This document shows, one piece after another, positions 28,174 through 38,230 of a stretch of 44,457 bases of DNA. The notes under the pieces are model-generated. The model saw nothing but the letters and a program-made list of their open reading frames with translations. It did not search any database and was not told the DNA's origin. The number at the start of each line of letters is the position of its first letter. The stretch's first letter is position 1. Source of the DNA: Desulfobacterales bacterium (GTDB taxonomy: Bacteria > Desulfobacterota > Desulfobacteria > Desulfobacterales > DTYH01); the NCBI GenBank assembly GCA_012961955.1, contig DTYH01000082.1, positions 1-44,457 of the forward strand. Reading direction: 5' to 3'. The position numbers were made by a program, and so were the translations under genes.

Positions 28174-29631
28174 TTAATAACTCCTGATATTCTTCCTTCT
28201 TCGATAGTAATTCACTAGTCGAATGATTGCATTGGCTGCCTCACTCGGACTGGAATAGACAGGAATCTTGGCTGCAACTAATCTTGACTTCAGCTCAGCA
28301 AGGCATCTCCAACGCAAGTGGTCAAAATCTTGTATGTTCAAAGCACCTGTATCCAAGATTACGGCTAGGGGTTTCGGCTCATTCCTGACAATATCTATGA
28401 TGTCGTCGACCTCTTTACTGAGATAGGCTGCGAGTTCATCGTTGGCAAAGGGAGCGCTCACGCTTATGTTGGCAATAAGGAGATCGAAGCTAGGGCTTTT
28501 GGCCATCATCCTCAATACCTCTCCACCAAAGTTATTGATAAGAGCGTCTTCAGGAAGTATCGATATATCCACAGGATTTCTTAGCCAGCCCCACCACAGT
28601 TCAGGCAACCTCTTTCGGATCTCATCCTCGATTTCCGGAGAAAGGGGAACCACATTAAAGCCCGCCTCCTCCCATTCATCGGCAGAGAGCACGCTTTTTC
28701 CACCCCCTCCACCTACTATACCAACCCTTGTTCCTAAAATGGGGGGAAGAAAATAGAAAGAGGTTACTATATCTAACATCTCTTCTATGGTTAGCGCTTG
28801 AATGGCTCCAGTCTGTCTTATGGCGGTCTCCCAGACTTTGAGTGAACCAGCTAAGGCACCAGTATGGGACGCCACTGCCCTGGCACCAGCTCCACCCCTT
28901 CCTGCCTTCAGAATAATCACAGGCTTCAGGGGCGCTACCTGACTCATAGTATGAAGAAATCTCCTTCCATCCTTTACCCCTTCAATATAGCTTGCGATTA
29001 TCTCGGTTTCACGATCATGAGAAAAATACTCGAGAAAATCGGCTTCGTTGAGATCCAGGGCGTTCCCATAGCTTATGACTTTGCTAAAGCGAATACCCCG
29101 CAGAAAGGCCTGATGAATAAACTCAACACACGCTCCACCACTTTGAAAAAACATGCCCACTGTGCCAGGCTCAGTAGTAAAGTCATAAGAAAATGCGATC
29201 CCCTCTCTGGGGTAATACAGACCCATACAGTTGGGGCCTATAAGCCGAACACCACACCTTCTGGCTCGTTGCAACAACTCCGTCTCCATTTCGACTGAAT
29301 CCTCACGACCCGTCTCACTGAAACGAGCAGTGTAGAGATGTACAACCTTTACACCCTTCGCCGAGCATTCCATCAAGAGATCAATGACCTTGGAAGCAGG
29401 AAGGCAGCAAATTACGTAGTCAATAGTGTTAGGAATGTCTCTTAGAAAAGGATAGGCCTTGAATCCCAAAATCTCTGACCAGTGTGGTGTTACTGGGTAT
29501 ATCTTTCCACGATAGCCGTTATGAATCAAGTGATAGACATAACGGTATCCCATAGACGCGGGATTACCTGAGGCCCCCACTACGGCAATGGAACGGGGAT
29601 GAAACGCATCCTCCAGTTCTTGTGACACCAT
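28174..29631 (-). CDS. NDP-forming acyl-CoA synthetase (acetate-CoA ligase family), alpha/CoA-binding subunit
   Basis: F.PRSIAVVGAS, IGPNCMG, QSGG, SYGNALDL, YIEG, LKAGR...GARAVASHTGALAG (phospho-His), NPVD. Confidence 0.88.
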   Translation of the reverse strand: MVSQELEDAFHPRSIAVVGASGNPASMGYRYVYHLIHNGYRGKIYPVTPHWSEILGFKAYPFLRDIPNTIDYVICCLPASKVIDLLMECSAKGVKVVHLYTARFSETGREDSVEMETELLQRARRCGVRLIGPNCMGLYYPREGIAFSYDFTTEPGTVGMFFQSGGACVEFIHQAFLRGIRFSKVISYGNALDLNEADFLEYFSHDRETEIIASYIEGVKDGRRFLHTMSQVAPLKPVIILKAGRGGAGARAVASHTGALAGSLKVWETAIRQTGAIQALTIEEMLDIVTSFYFLPPILGTRVGIVGGGGGKSVLSADEWEEAGFNVVPLSPEIEDEIRKRLPELWWGWLRNPVDISILPEDALINNFGGEVLRMMAKSPSFDLLIANISVSAPFANDELAAYLSKEVDDIIDIVRNEPKPLAVILDTGALNIQDFDHLRWRCLAELKSRLVAAKIPVYSSPSEAANAIIRLVNYYRRRKNIRSY

Positions 29632-29738
29632 AAGATAGACTCTCCTTTCCTGATAAACTCTGTTTCCACACGTTTCACAGGTCTAAAACCATGATGGAGA
29701 AGGTTTTTAGGGAGTCTGTCACAGGCCAACAAAACATC

Positions 29739-29959
29739 GTAGTTTCTCAATAACTCAGGGGTGCCTTTTTCATGATCTAACCTATACAAACTGGAAGCCC
29801 CAAATGTGCCTAAAGCGAGCTGAAGTTAATGAATTCTATCATTTTTAAAATTGACCGTTATCCTTAACTTTAGGCACTTTAACTCACGTCAAACCTTACT
29901 GGACTTGTTGAGTGTTAATGAATTGTTCTTTAAAACACCCGAAGTTATTGAGAACTTAC
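29739..29959. mobile_element. MITE-like element with 24-25 bp imperfect TIRs
   Basis: GTAGTTTCTCAATAACTCAGGGGTG / CACCCGAAGTTATTGAGAACTTAC, plus the inner IR GTGCCTAAAG (29806-15) / CTTTAGGCAC (29868-77). Confidence 0.65.
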
Positions 29960-29999
29960 AAAATATCTTTCTAACTCTTCACAGACACCACGGATCCCC

Positions 30000-31907
30000 C
30001 TATCCAAGATCTGAAGCTATGTGTGTGAGGCCAAGTTCATCCAGCTTCTCTTTCGAAATCGTACCGTCTTTTATGTTCCATCCCCTTTCATCATAGTATT
30101 CATCTAATAGTTTATTGGCCTTCTTCTCGGTAATAGGAGGATAATCCTTATCACCAATAGTGATTGACTCATTAAGCGCTCTCCAGGGTGGCATATCGTC
30201 TTTCCTGTCCGCCCCTTCCCGCTGGTTAAACGCTCTCTGAAGGTTCCATATACGCTCGCCGGCCTGTCTCAATTCGGTCGTCTCAATATCGATACCGGTT
30301 GTGGCCCTGTAAAGCTCGGTGATAATCTTTAGATTCAAATGTTGTGTTATCGGAGTCCTGTGACACACGCCCATACTAACAAGCACCGTATTATAGTCTT
30401 CCACCCACTTGGTCAGTCTAGAAACATTAAACCCTTCGGGGCCATCGCAAACCTTCTCTATCCTATCCTCGGGGACACCGATCCCACGGGAAAATGGGGG
30501 AAATGCCTTAGGCTTTCTCGGTATAAAGGTGAGCGAGGGTGATCTTTCCAGATGACCACCCCTTGGGTTTGTAAACTCCCCAAAGTTTTCAGTAGAAAGC
30601 CTGCCCCTTACACCTAGTGCCATTTCGAGCCCCTTTATATGGCCAGCTAGTCGCTCAGCTTCAGGACCAAATTTTGCTGCTGCTGCCTTAACCCCGTTTG
30701 CCAGGATATCTCCGATCCCTTCTCTTCGCACTATCTTTTCGATCAGTCCTTGAGTAGTCTCACCACCCCAGTCAAGCTCCATACCATCCGTATCATGTTT
30801 GGTGATTATTCCCCTTTTGTAAAGCTCAATCGCAAAACCAACACAACCCGCGAGACTGTTACTATCTATGCCATACCTGTTCTCCAGCTCAACACACCTT
30901 ACAAGCTCATCCCAGTTCTCGACTCCTGCCTGGTTATGATAACCAACCTGCGATCCTAAAGCTGCCACCCTATAATTCAAGCCTGGATATGTACCGTCCT
31001 TAATCTCCACCACCTGTCTACATCCAACAGGACAAGACGGACAGGCATAGTTCCTCTTCACAACATGACCTTTATAGTCCTCTTTACTGAAGTCCTTTAC
31101 AAGATCACTAAACCCTTCAGCATAGTTGTATCGCTCAAATAGACCGTATTCACTATAGGCTGGAAACGCTACCACAAAACCTAGGTCCCTCCACAATTGT
31201 GTTGCTGGACTATTCTTAATCTTCTCTACTATCTCATCGACTATCTTCAAAAACGCTTTTTGGTCTGCAACGGCTACCCCTTTTGAACCCCTGGCAGCAA
31301 TTGCCTTAAGGTTTTTGGACCCCATTACAGTTCCCATACCTGTCCGGCTATAAAAGGAATGCTTGTTCGTGACCGAGGCGGCATACCTCACCAGGTTCTC
31401 CCCGGCAGTACCTATACAGTTAACCCAATAATCTCCGCCCAATTCCGCCCAAAGTATATCAGTCGTCTCCCATACGTCTTTTCCCCAAAGGTAACTAGCA
31501 TCACATATCTCTACATCGTCGTCATTAACCTTTAAATATACGGGTGTCTCAGCTCTGCCGCTGATGACCAAATGGTCGTACCCGGCAAACTTTAACATAA
31601 GAGCGATTGAATCTCCTGAGTTAGCTGAACCAAAAAGGTTAGTTAAAGGTGATTTACTGGTCACATCAGAGCGGCTACAACCAGGGGCCACGGTTCCGCC
31701 GAGTGGTCCGGTACCAAAGATAAGGTAGTTTTCGGGTGAAAGAGGATCTATTCCCGGTGCGATTAAATCATAGGCCAATTTGGAATTAATGCCTATACTA
31801 CCTATGTAGTTCCTCACCAGCTCTTCGCCAAGTGGCTCTTTCCTTATTCTTCTGGAATCCAGATCAACATAAAGAATCTTACCAGCATATCCATAAAGAC
31901 TACTCAT
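30000..31907 (-). CDS. aor: Aldehyde:ferredoxin oxidoreductase family protein (tungstopterin)
   Basis: GYAGKILYVDL, KSPLT, LKFAGYD, IGTAGEN, RTGMGTVMGSKNLKAI, CPSCPVGC, REGIGDILANG, HIKGLE, ERIWNLQRAFN, EYYDERGW. Confidence 0.92.
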   Translation of the reverse strand: MSSLYGYAGKILYVDLDSRRIRKEPLGEELVRNYIGSIGINSKLAYDLIAPGIDPLSPENYLIFGTGPLGGTVAPGCSRSDVTSKSPLTNLFGSANSGDSIALMLKFAGYDHLVISGRAETPVYLKVNDDDVEICDASYLWGKDVWETTDILWAELGGDYWVNCIGTAGENLVRYAASVTNKHSFYSRTGMGTVMGSKNLKAIAARGSKGVAVADQKAFLKIVDEIVEKIKNSPATQLWRDLGFVVAFPAYSEYGLFERYNYAEGFSDLVKDFSKEDYKGHVVKRNYACPSCPVGCRQVVEIKDGTYPGLNYRVAALGSQVGYHNQAGVENWDELVRCVELENRYGIDSNSLAGCVGFAIELYKRGIITKHDTDGMELDWGGETTQGLIEKIVRREGIGDILANGVKAAAAKFGPEAERLAGHIKGLEMALGVRGRLSTENFGEFTNPRGGHLERSPSLTFIPRKPKAFPPFSRGIGVPEDRIEKVCDGPEGFNVSRLTKWVEDYNTVLVSMGVCHRTPITQHLNLKIITELYRATTGIDIETTELRQAGERIWNLQRAFNQREGADRKDDMPPWRALNESITIGDKDYPPITEKKANKLLDEYYDERGWNIKDGTISKEKLDELGLTHIASDLG

Positions 31908-31908
31908 C

Positions 31909-32184
31909 TTAGACTACCCCCCTTTCTCCCTTTTTATGCCAAGTCAACGCTCCGTAAGGGCAGTGCCTTGCGCAGATGCCGCATACGTCACATTTGTCAG
32001 TGAACGAGATAAAATAGTCTGTTCCTCCCTTTGTAAAGCGATCAACTCTAATTGCAGCCTTTGCTATATTAAAGGCCTTTTCAAAACGAAAGGAGCACCG
32101 TAGCTGACATATCAAACAGCCATTACATTTCTCGTCATCAGCTACGATACGCCTACCATTGATAGATTTGTAAGCCAAGCTCAT
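31909..32184 (-). CDS. 4Fe-4S ferredoxin-like subunit of the AOR operon
   Basis: CNGCLICQLRC and CDVCGICARHCP. RBS AGGAGG; it abuts the aor start. Confidence 0.88.
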   Translation of the reverse strand: MSLAYKSINGRRIVADDEKCNGCLICQLRCSFRFEKAFNIAKAAIRVDRFTKGGTDYFISFTDKCDVCGICARHCPYGALTWHKKGERGVV

Positions 32185-32230
32185 AGATTACCTCCTTTCC
32201 CCTGCTCCAATTTACAGAATCTGATGTAAA

Positions 32231-32350
32231 CCCTGTTATAGAATTTCACACTTGCCCGTAAGACCTTCCGTCCTTTACGGGGGCACGCGTCAAAAAGAGA
32301 CATATATCGATCTTAACCTGGTGCTTCCGCACGGGGCTTTTACAACAGGA
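32231..32350 (+). mobile_element. Degenerate stand-alone family B MITE
   Basis: TAAA-CCCTGTTATAGAATTTC...CCGTAAGACCTTCCGTCCTTTACGGG...GATCTTAACCTGGTGCTTCCGCACGGGGC aligns to the reverse complement of 12667-12802. Confidence 0.7.
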
Positions 32351-32452
32351 TAAGTGGGCTCTTGCCCAAACAAAGCCCTTGTATCTGCCCAACCGCCTGA
32401 GTAGTTACAAATCTTTCTGAGAACCTGTTGACACGCTTTTTGAAAATAGATC

Positions 32453-32520
32453 TTGATGGTTTCGCAAAAAACCATTTTGCTCTCTCCGTGAGCAAAATTA
32501 GACTTTTTATGAGACCGTCG
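32453..32520. mobile_element. Internally deleted family C MITE
   Basis: TTGATGGTTTCGCAAAAAA...GAGCAAAATTAGACTTTTTATGAGACCGTC reproduces both ends of 19660-19854. Confidence 0.6.
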
Positions 32521-32615
32521 GTCTTGATGAAGCGGAAAATAAGCGATTTGAATAACCTATCTTATCTTAAACAAAGATGAGTATTCAAGTCTTGGATAAT
32601 AGGGCTAAGATCCGG

Positions 32616-33857
32616 CTAAAACTTCATTTCGGGCTTGACCTCTCTTCCTGATTCCATACTTATCTTGACATTGGGATATCTTTTCTTAACAACCCGCATA
32701 ATCGCCTTATTCTCGCATAGGGCCCAGATATAAAACCCTTTATACCGGTTCTCCTTGGCGATCCTTTCAAGCATCTCTATAAGGTAGGAAGCGATTCCCA
32801 TGTTCTGGTAATCCTCCCGTGTCACGAACGCCACTTCGGCCCATTCTTAACTTTCTTCGGCATAGGACCCGATCACGATAATCTCCTTGTACCCTCCCTT
32901 TTGTCCAAGCCCGATGATCGACATGTTTTTGTAATAGGTAACACTGGCCCACTGTTTCTGGACTACCTCGTGAGAGAATATCTTCTTATTGAAAAAAACC
33001 TGTAGTAGATGGCCTTTTCTCGGAGCGAGTAAAAGAAATTCCTGCAGGCAAATTCGTCTGATGGGAGGAGAGGTCGGTAATCACCCCTTTTTCGAAGAGA
33101 GGAAGAAAGCCGTCTGTAATCATCTGTGTATGGATGCCAGGATCCTTCTTTTTGTCCAGATATCCCAATATGATGGCATAAGGTATCTGCCCGAATCCCA
33201 CCTGTAGTGTGGCTCCCTCCTCCACTAATTGGGAGACGTAAAGGCCAATACGTCGGGCCACTTCATTGTCTGTAATGATGGGAAGGACTTCCACCAGCGG
33301 CTCCTCGTGAACCACCAAGTAATCGACTTCATCCACATGGACAAAACTGTCTCCCCACGTCCTTGGCATCTTCGGATTCACCTGGGCAATGACTAGCTTT
33401 GCGTTTTCCGTTTCCGAGCGGGTGACATCGACCGAGACTCCCGGGCTGCAGTAGCCAAATCGGTCTGGAAGACTCACCTGGATCAAAACAACATCAAGGC
33501 CCATACACTGGCCCGAGAAGAACTCGGGGATCTGTGAAAGAGATAGGTGGGAACCTAGTCTATCTTTCCCTCAAATGCCGCTTTACGTATGCGTGCGCTG
33601 ATGAAGAAGAGCTTCAGGGAAAACCGCGGCAAGAAGTCCGGATCATCGATATACTCGGAGAGGACCCAGGAAAGCCTCTGCTATATCAGGATACCCTGCT
33701 TATCCTTATCCTCCACCAGACTCCTGATAAGATCCTGGGGCACTCCACATCCTGTCCCGATGAAGACGCGACTCCCGCTCTTGATTCTTGAAATGGCCTC
33801 TTCGGCAGTTACAACCTTTTGAGGGCAATAATCGTTTAGCCAAGCTATATAGTCCAT
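32616..33857 (-). pseudogene. Acetyl-CoA hydrolase/4-hydroxybutyrate CoA-transferase-GNAT fusion pseudogene
   Basis: KVVTAEEAISRIKSGSRVFIGTGCG, DV.LIQVS.PDRFGYCS.GVSVD, GATLQVGFG, then GNAT (FFYSL.EKAIYYRFF, AEVAFVTREDYQNMGIASYL). It has in-frame stops, frameshifts and a large internal deletion. Confidence 0.85.
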
Positions 33858-34312
33858 CAGGATGCTTATCTACTGATAAAATTTACACAACTGGTCACGG
33901 GACTAATTTGCCTTTCTAATAAGCAGAGTACATGGAAAGGAGTTCGTGTGTCAAGCCAAAAGTCAGTTCAAGCTATGGTGATTGCGCCGAGTATCCACCC
34001 TTTATGCGTCATTGCTCGTCACCATCATCTCGGTTACTAGGTCAGGTTCAGGTACCACATATGGTAGTCCTTTTTCGCTTGACACATGAGGCCTTTCCCC
34101 GTATACTCGGCCTGTCCGAAAGCGAACTCTGCCGCTTTTTTAAGCGCTCCTAAACCTCTTAAGGTTATGCCGTACCTCGTATATATCAGCCTTATCAAAC
34201 GGCCTAATTCATCCAAAACTATTGGCGCTAGGGCAGAGACGCGAACGTGGACAGACTGTTTCCCAAATAAGTTTACAGTTGGAGGCAGCGTCCATACATC
34301 TCTAAGGTAATT

Positions 34313-35512
34313 ATGCCTATGAGACCATCACAGATAAAAGATCAGGCGGTCATAATTGGTATCGGAGAGACCCGCTACGTACGTGGCACCGGCAGGTCTG
34401 AGCTTCTACAGATTCTGGAGGCTAGTATTGCAGCTTGCCGGGATGCAGGTATTCGCCCCTCGGAAATCGATGGGGTAATTGCACCGGGTCTTCCAATTTT
34501 GCGTGTGGAAGACTATGCGGCAGGGCTCAACATCCGTAATCTGAGCTTTAGTGGCCGGGTCGAGATGGGAGGCGCAAGTGCTACCGCTGCCCTGGGACAT
34601 GCAGCTCGGGCCGTGGCAACAGGACAAGCAAAATATGTTTTAGTAGCAACTGGTTGGAATGGATACTCTAGCATGCGCTTGGGACAATGTGGAGATGAAT
34701 TACTCGATCTGATCACCACGATCTTTCCAAATCCGTCTCTTCGTCGGAATCTGGAGCATCCGTATGGATTATTGGTACCTATGCAATATTACAGCCTGCA
34801 CGCCAATCGTTGGATTTACGAATACAGCCTTGAAAAAGAAGCCGTTCAGGCGATGGCAACCCTGGCCATAACCGAAAGGAAGCATGCCCAAAACAACGAA
34901 AATGCCCTTATGAAGGGCAGGACGCTCACAGAAGAAGACTATTACGCTTCGCCTATGATATCAGAGCCCCTCCGACTGCTGGATTGCTGTTTGGAGACGG
35001 ACGGGGCTGCTGCTGTTATTGTGACCGATGCTGAAACGGCCAAGAGTAGCAAGCATCGGCCTGTCTACATCGTGGCCGCTGAAGAAGGGCATCCTGCCTC
35101 GCCTGATGATATCATCTCCCGCCCTGACATTCTGGAGATGGGAATTACCAGGGCTGCCCCTCGAGCATTTGAGGCGGCCGGCTTGGGACCAGAGGATATC
35201 GACTTTGCGGAAATATATGACTGTTTCACCTTTATCGTGCTACGACAACTTGAGGAGATGGGCTTCTGTAAGCGGGGAGAAGCCCCTATCTTTGTACATG
35301 AACGTGGTATCGGACTCGATGGGGACCTTCCGGTCAATACACACGGTGGCCTTCTTTCACAGGCGCATGTGTTGGGAATGAATCACATCGTTGAAGCGGT
35401 GCTTCAGCTCAGAGGTGAGGCAGGCACAAATCAGGTTTCAGGAGCCCGTATCGGTCTTGTAACCGGATATGGCGATCTGGGCGACGGTTCTATCGCAATC
35501 TTGAGAAATTGA
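34313..35512 (+). CDS. Thiolase-fold protein, SCP2/lipid-transfer-protein type, lacking the nucleophilic Cys
   Basis: IIGIGET, PLRLLDCC.ETDGAAA, AEIYDCFT, LPVNTHGGLLSQAH, EAVLQLRG. EMGGAS sits where thiolases have the CxS motif. Confidence 0.88.
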   Translation: MPMRPSQIKDQAVIIGIGETRYVRGTGRSELLQILEASIAACRDAGIRPSEIDGVIAPGLPILRVEDYAAGLNIRNLSFSGRVEMGGASATAALGHAARAVATGQAKYVLVATGWNGYSSMRLGQCGDELLDLITTIFPNPSLRRNLEHPYGLLVPMQYYSLHANRWIYEYSLEKEAVQAMATLAITERKHAQNNENALMKGRTLTEEDYYASPMISEPLRLLDCCLETDGAAAVIVTDAETAKSSKHRPVYIVAAEEGHPASPDDIISRPDILEMGITRAAPRAFEAAGLGPEDIDFAEIYDCFTFIVLRQLEEMGFCKRGEAPIFVHERGIGLDGDLPVNTHGGLLSQAHVLGMNHIVEAVLQLRGEAGTNQVSGARIGLVTGYGDLGDGSIAILRN

Positions 35513-35680
35513 ATCACAACGACAAACCATGACATGACATGACCTTTGTGTTTTTGTAAAAAGTTGTAAAAGTTCAATCTTGCAAACGATTCTGAACAAT
35601 TTTCACTCTCTTACAACATAATTAGCCATTTTTTCAAAAGGCTAAACTATTACATCATGATAAAGGATGCCAATTAAGGT

Positions 35681-36103
35681 ATGGCCACACGCGAAATTCA
35701 ACCCTTAAAACCCCACCTTAATGATCCGTTATTCCACCCATTTTGGGAAGGGGCACAAGCACAGAAGTTGATGCTCAGGCAGTGTAACAACTGCAAGGCC
35801 TATCAGTGGCCTCCGCGCCCAATGTGCGCCAATTGCTCTGGGTGTTCCTTCTCTTGGGTTGAAGGAGACGGGGAAGGTCGAGTTTATACCTATGTTGTTG
35901 CCCACCGCGCATTTCATCCTTCCTTTGAGGATAGGGTTCCATACATCCTTGTTGTCGTGGACGTTGCACCAGGCGTCCGTATATTGGGCAACCTGCTCGG
36001 CACACCTCCAGAGAAAGTAAAGATCGGAATGCCTGTCTCGGTAGAGTTTGTCAAACAGTTAGGCGGTTCTACCCTGGTCTGCTGGAGGCCAAAAAGTGAA
36101 TAG
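35681..36103 (+). CDS. DUF35-type Zn-ribbon/OB-fold protein (thiolase partner)
   Basis: PFWEGA, CNNC...PPRPMCANC, G.G.VYTY, VPY, VKIGMPV.VEF. Confidence 0.9.
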   Translation: MATREIQPLKPHLNDPLFHPFWEGAQAQKLMLRQCNNCKAYQWPPRPMCANCSGCSFSWVEGDGEGRVYTYVVAHRAFHPSFEDRVPYILVVVDVAPGVRILGNLLGTPPEKVKIGMPVSVEFVKQLGGSTLVCWRPKSE

Positions 36104-36108
36104 TTACA

Positions 36109-36797
36109 TTAATTCTCTAAAGTTTTTAAGACAACCGGGAGTAAGTTCTCGGCCATACGTGATCCCCCCTTGCTGGAAAAATGGACCCGATCAACGAAAT
36201 ACTCGTCGTGGTGGGGTATAAGTAATCCACTATCTACCCAACCTGTTCTCTCTTGAATTGGTATTCTTTTTAACAGATCGATTGATACCGTCGAAGATCG
36301 CATTAAGTGTCAAGCCAGGAGTAAATAGCATAACGGAATACAATTCCACCTTCTGAAGTTTACTCAATTGCGTAAACGTATCTTGTCTAGAATAATCCAA
36401 ATCAGGATCGTGCAAGGTTGCATAAGAGGATAATATCACTCTAGCACCGCCCGCGTGTGCAATTGCCACTAAACTGGGTACATGTTGTTCAAACGTTTGA
36501 ACTGCTTGATCAGGAATAGAGGTTAACTTGATCTACAAAGATCAATGTTCGCTTTTTCTGATTTGGATGCCCTCCTTCAAAAACAGAATCTGGTTTGAAA
36601 GTCATTCCAGTAAATGGATGCCACTGATATATACTCTCAACACCTTCGTCATAAGGCTCCAGTTCGTATAAGGATAGGGTAAACCCTTTACCTGTAAGCC
36701 ATGAAATCGTTCCCGTTGAGAATTCGATTGGTCCGAATAATACCGTTACAGCCAATACCCTACCCAGAATACGGTATCCCAACTCTTTTGCCTTCAC
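36109..36797 (-). pseudogene. SGNH/GDSL-type hydrolase pseudogene with an N-terminal membrane anchor
   Basis: Three fragments in different frames: a TM segment plus WHPFTG, then GARVIL, then FVDRVHFS.KG...MAE (DxxH block V). The catalytic GDS block is deleted. Confidence 0.6.
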
Positions 36798-36956
36798 TGA
36801 ATAACGATCGATCCTCCTAACTCCCATGCCTCTAATCCAGGCACAACAAATAATGAAAGTGAGTTGACTGCCAGAATGGCTAAATCGTTGAATAATTGAA
36901 TGCTTGAACAACCTTTCTCGACTTAACGATTTGACCATCTTTCTTTCGTATAAACT

Positions 36957-37955
36957 CTATGGAATTATGGACTCAAACAACTCTTCGTATTCAGAAATCA
37001 TACGCTTGAGCGTAAATATCTTCTCCACCTTAGCCCTATTGTACTCCCCCATATCACGCCTGAGCTTCGGTGATTCAGCAAGAATATTGATCTTCTCCGC
37101 AAACGCATCCGCATCCCCAACAGGACAAAGAAAACCTCCTTTGCCTTCATCTATCTGCTCAGGCAACGAACTGCATCTGCTTGCCACAATCGGAAGTCCA
37201 CAAGCCATCGCCTCTAACACGGCTAAACTGAGGCCCTCACGTACCGTTGGCATCAGCAGAATATCCATCTGCTGATAAAGTGCCGGCATGTCATTGAATG
37301 GCACCGATCCTATGCATCGAAGGGGAGGCTCGGATCGCAAAACACTACAGGTACGAAGCCCCTGAGTATGCAAGATTCGGATATTTTTTCTGAGCCGCTT
37401 TGCAATGGAAGGGAGCCAATGAGCACCCTTTCGCCGGGTGAGATTTCCGGAAAAAAATACCCGTATTTCTTTTCGGGAGCAGGTCGAAGAGGGTGCAGGG
37501 TAAAAACGCTCCACATCCACGCCATTGTATATAACTCTTATCGGCCTGGTCGTACCCAGATCCTTCTGAACCTGCTGAGCCGTGAAGTGGCTCACTGCTG
37601 TAATGGTATGACATTTTCGGAGTGCCAACATAGTCCACAGGCGCAGATCTGTTGCATAATGGATGTTTTGAAGCAGCGAGTTATATATTCGCATCGACCC
37701 ATCTAGAACATAGTTATGAAAGGTGAGGACCAAGGGAACTGATTTTCGATAAAAGAATATGCCGTAATCGGGGGTAGAGTGAATCAGACGAGCTCCTTGA
37801 ACTGAAACCAAAGCGGGCAAGATAAATGGAAACAGGGTCAGGTATCGATGATACCCTCTGACCTGGTAATCACAAATATGGGCTTCTACGGTCTTATGCA
37901 ACACATAAGCCCCGCTGCCCATAGCCATGGGGCTTATAATCCTCCTTGGGCCCAT
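36957..37955 (-). CDS. Glycosyltransferase family 4
   Basis: VIYNGVD, GNLTRRKG, EGLSLAVLEAMACGLPIVAS. Probable start at MGPRR. Confidence 0.9.
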   Translation of the reverse strand: MGPRRIISPMAMGSGAYVLHKTVEAHICDYQVRGYHRYLTLFPFILPALVSVQGARLIHSTPDYGIFFYRKSVPLVLTFHNYVLDGSMRIYNSLLQNIHYATDLRLWTMLALRKCHTITAVSHFTAQQVQKDLGTTRPIRVIYNGVDVERFYPAPSSTCSRKEIRVFFSGNLTRRKGAHWLPSIAKRLRKNIRILHTQGLRTCSVLRSEPPLRCIGSVPFNDMPALYQQMDILLMPTVREGLSLAVLEAMACGLPIVASRCSSLPEQIDEGKGGFLCPVGDADAFAEKINILAESPKLRRDMGEYNRAKVEKIFTLKRMISEYEELFESIIP

Positions 37956-38230
37956 ACACTTCTCTGTTGACACCCCTGACAGATTCACCCACTTTTGGCC
38001 TTACAGGGGGAAAGCTCAAAATTCTGGCAACACTTTAGCTCGTTGAAGACAGTTGTAACCAGTTAACCTTGTTAACCATGATGAGCAAGATTAACTGATT
38101 AGAACGTTATGAATCAATCTTTTCACGTTACAAATTCTGAAGTTCAGCCAAGCCATTATCGTTTATTAATAATCTAGTATTTCTCGTACTTGCATGTTAA
38201 ACCTCCAATTGGACACCTGTTGGATAGAAA

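Noticed and set aside
33550-33690. Two in-frame TAG codons at probable Tyr positions in the CoA-transferase-GNAT gene, suggesting amber recoding or pyrrolysine
   Set aside because: The same gene also has frameshifts, a TAA stop and a large deletion, and intact genes in the window use TAG as a stop.
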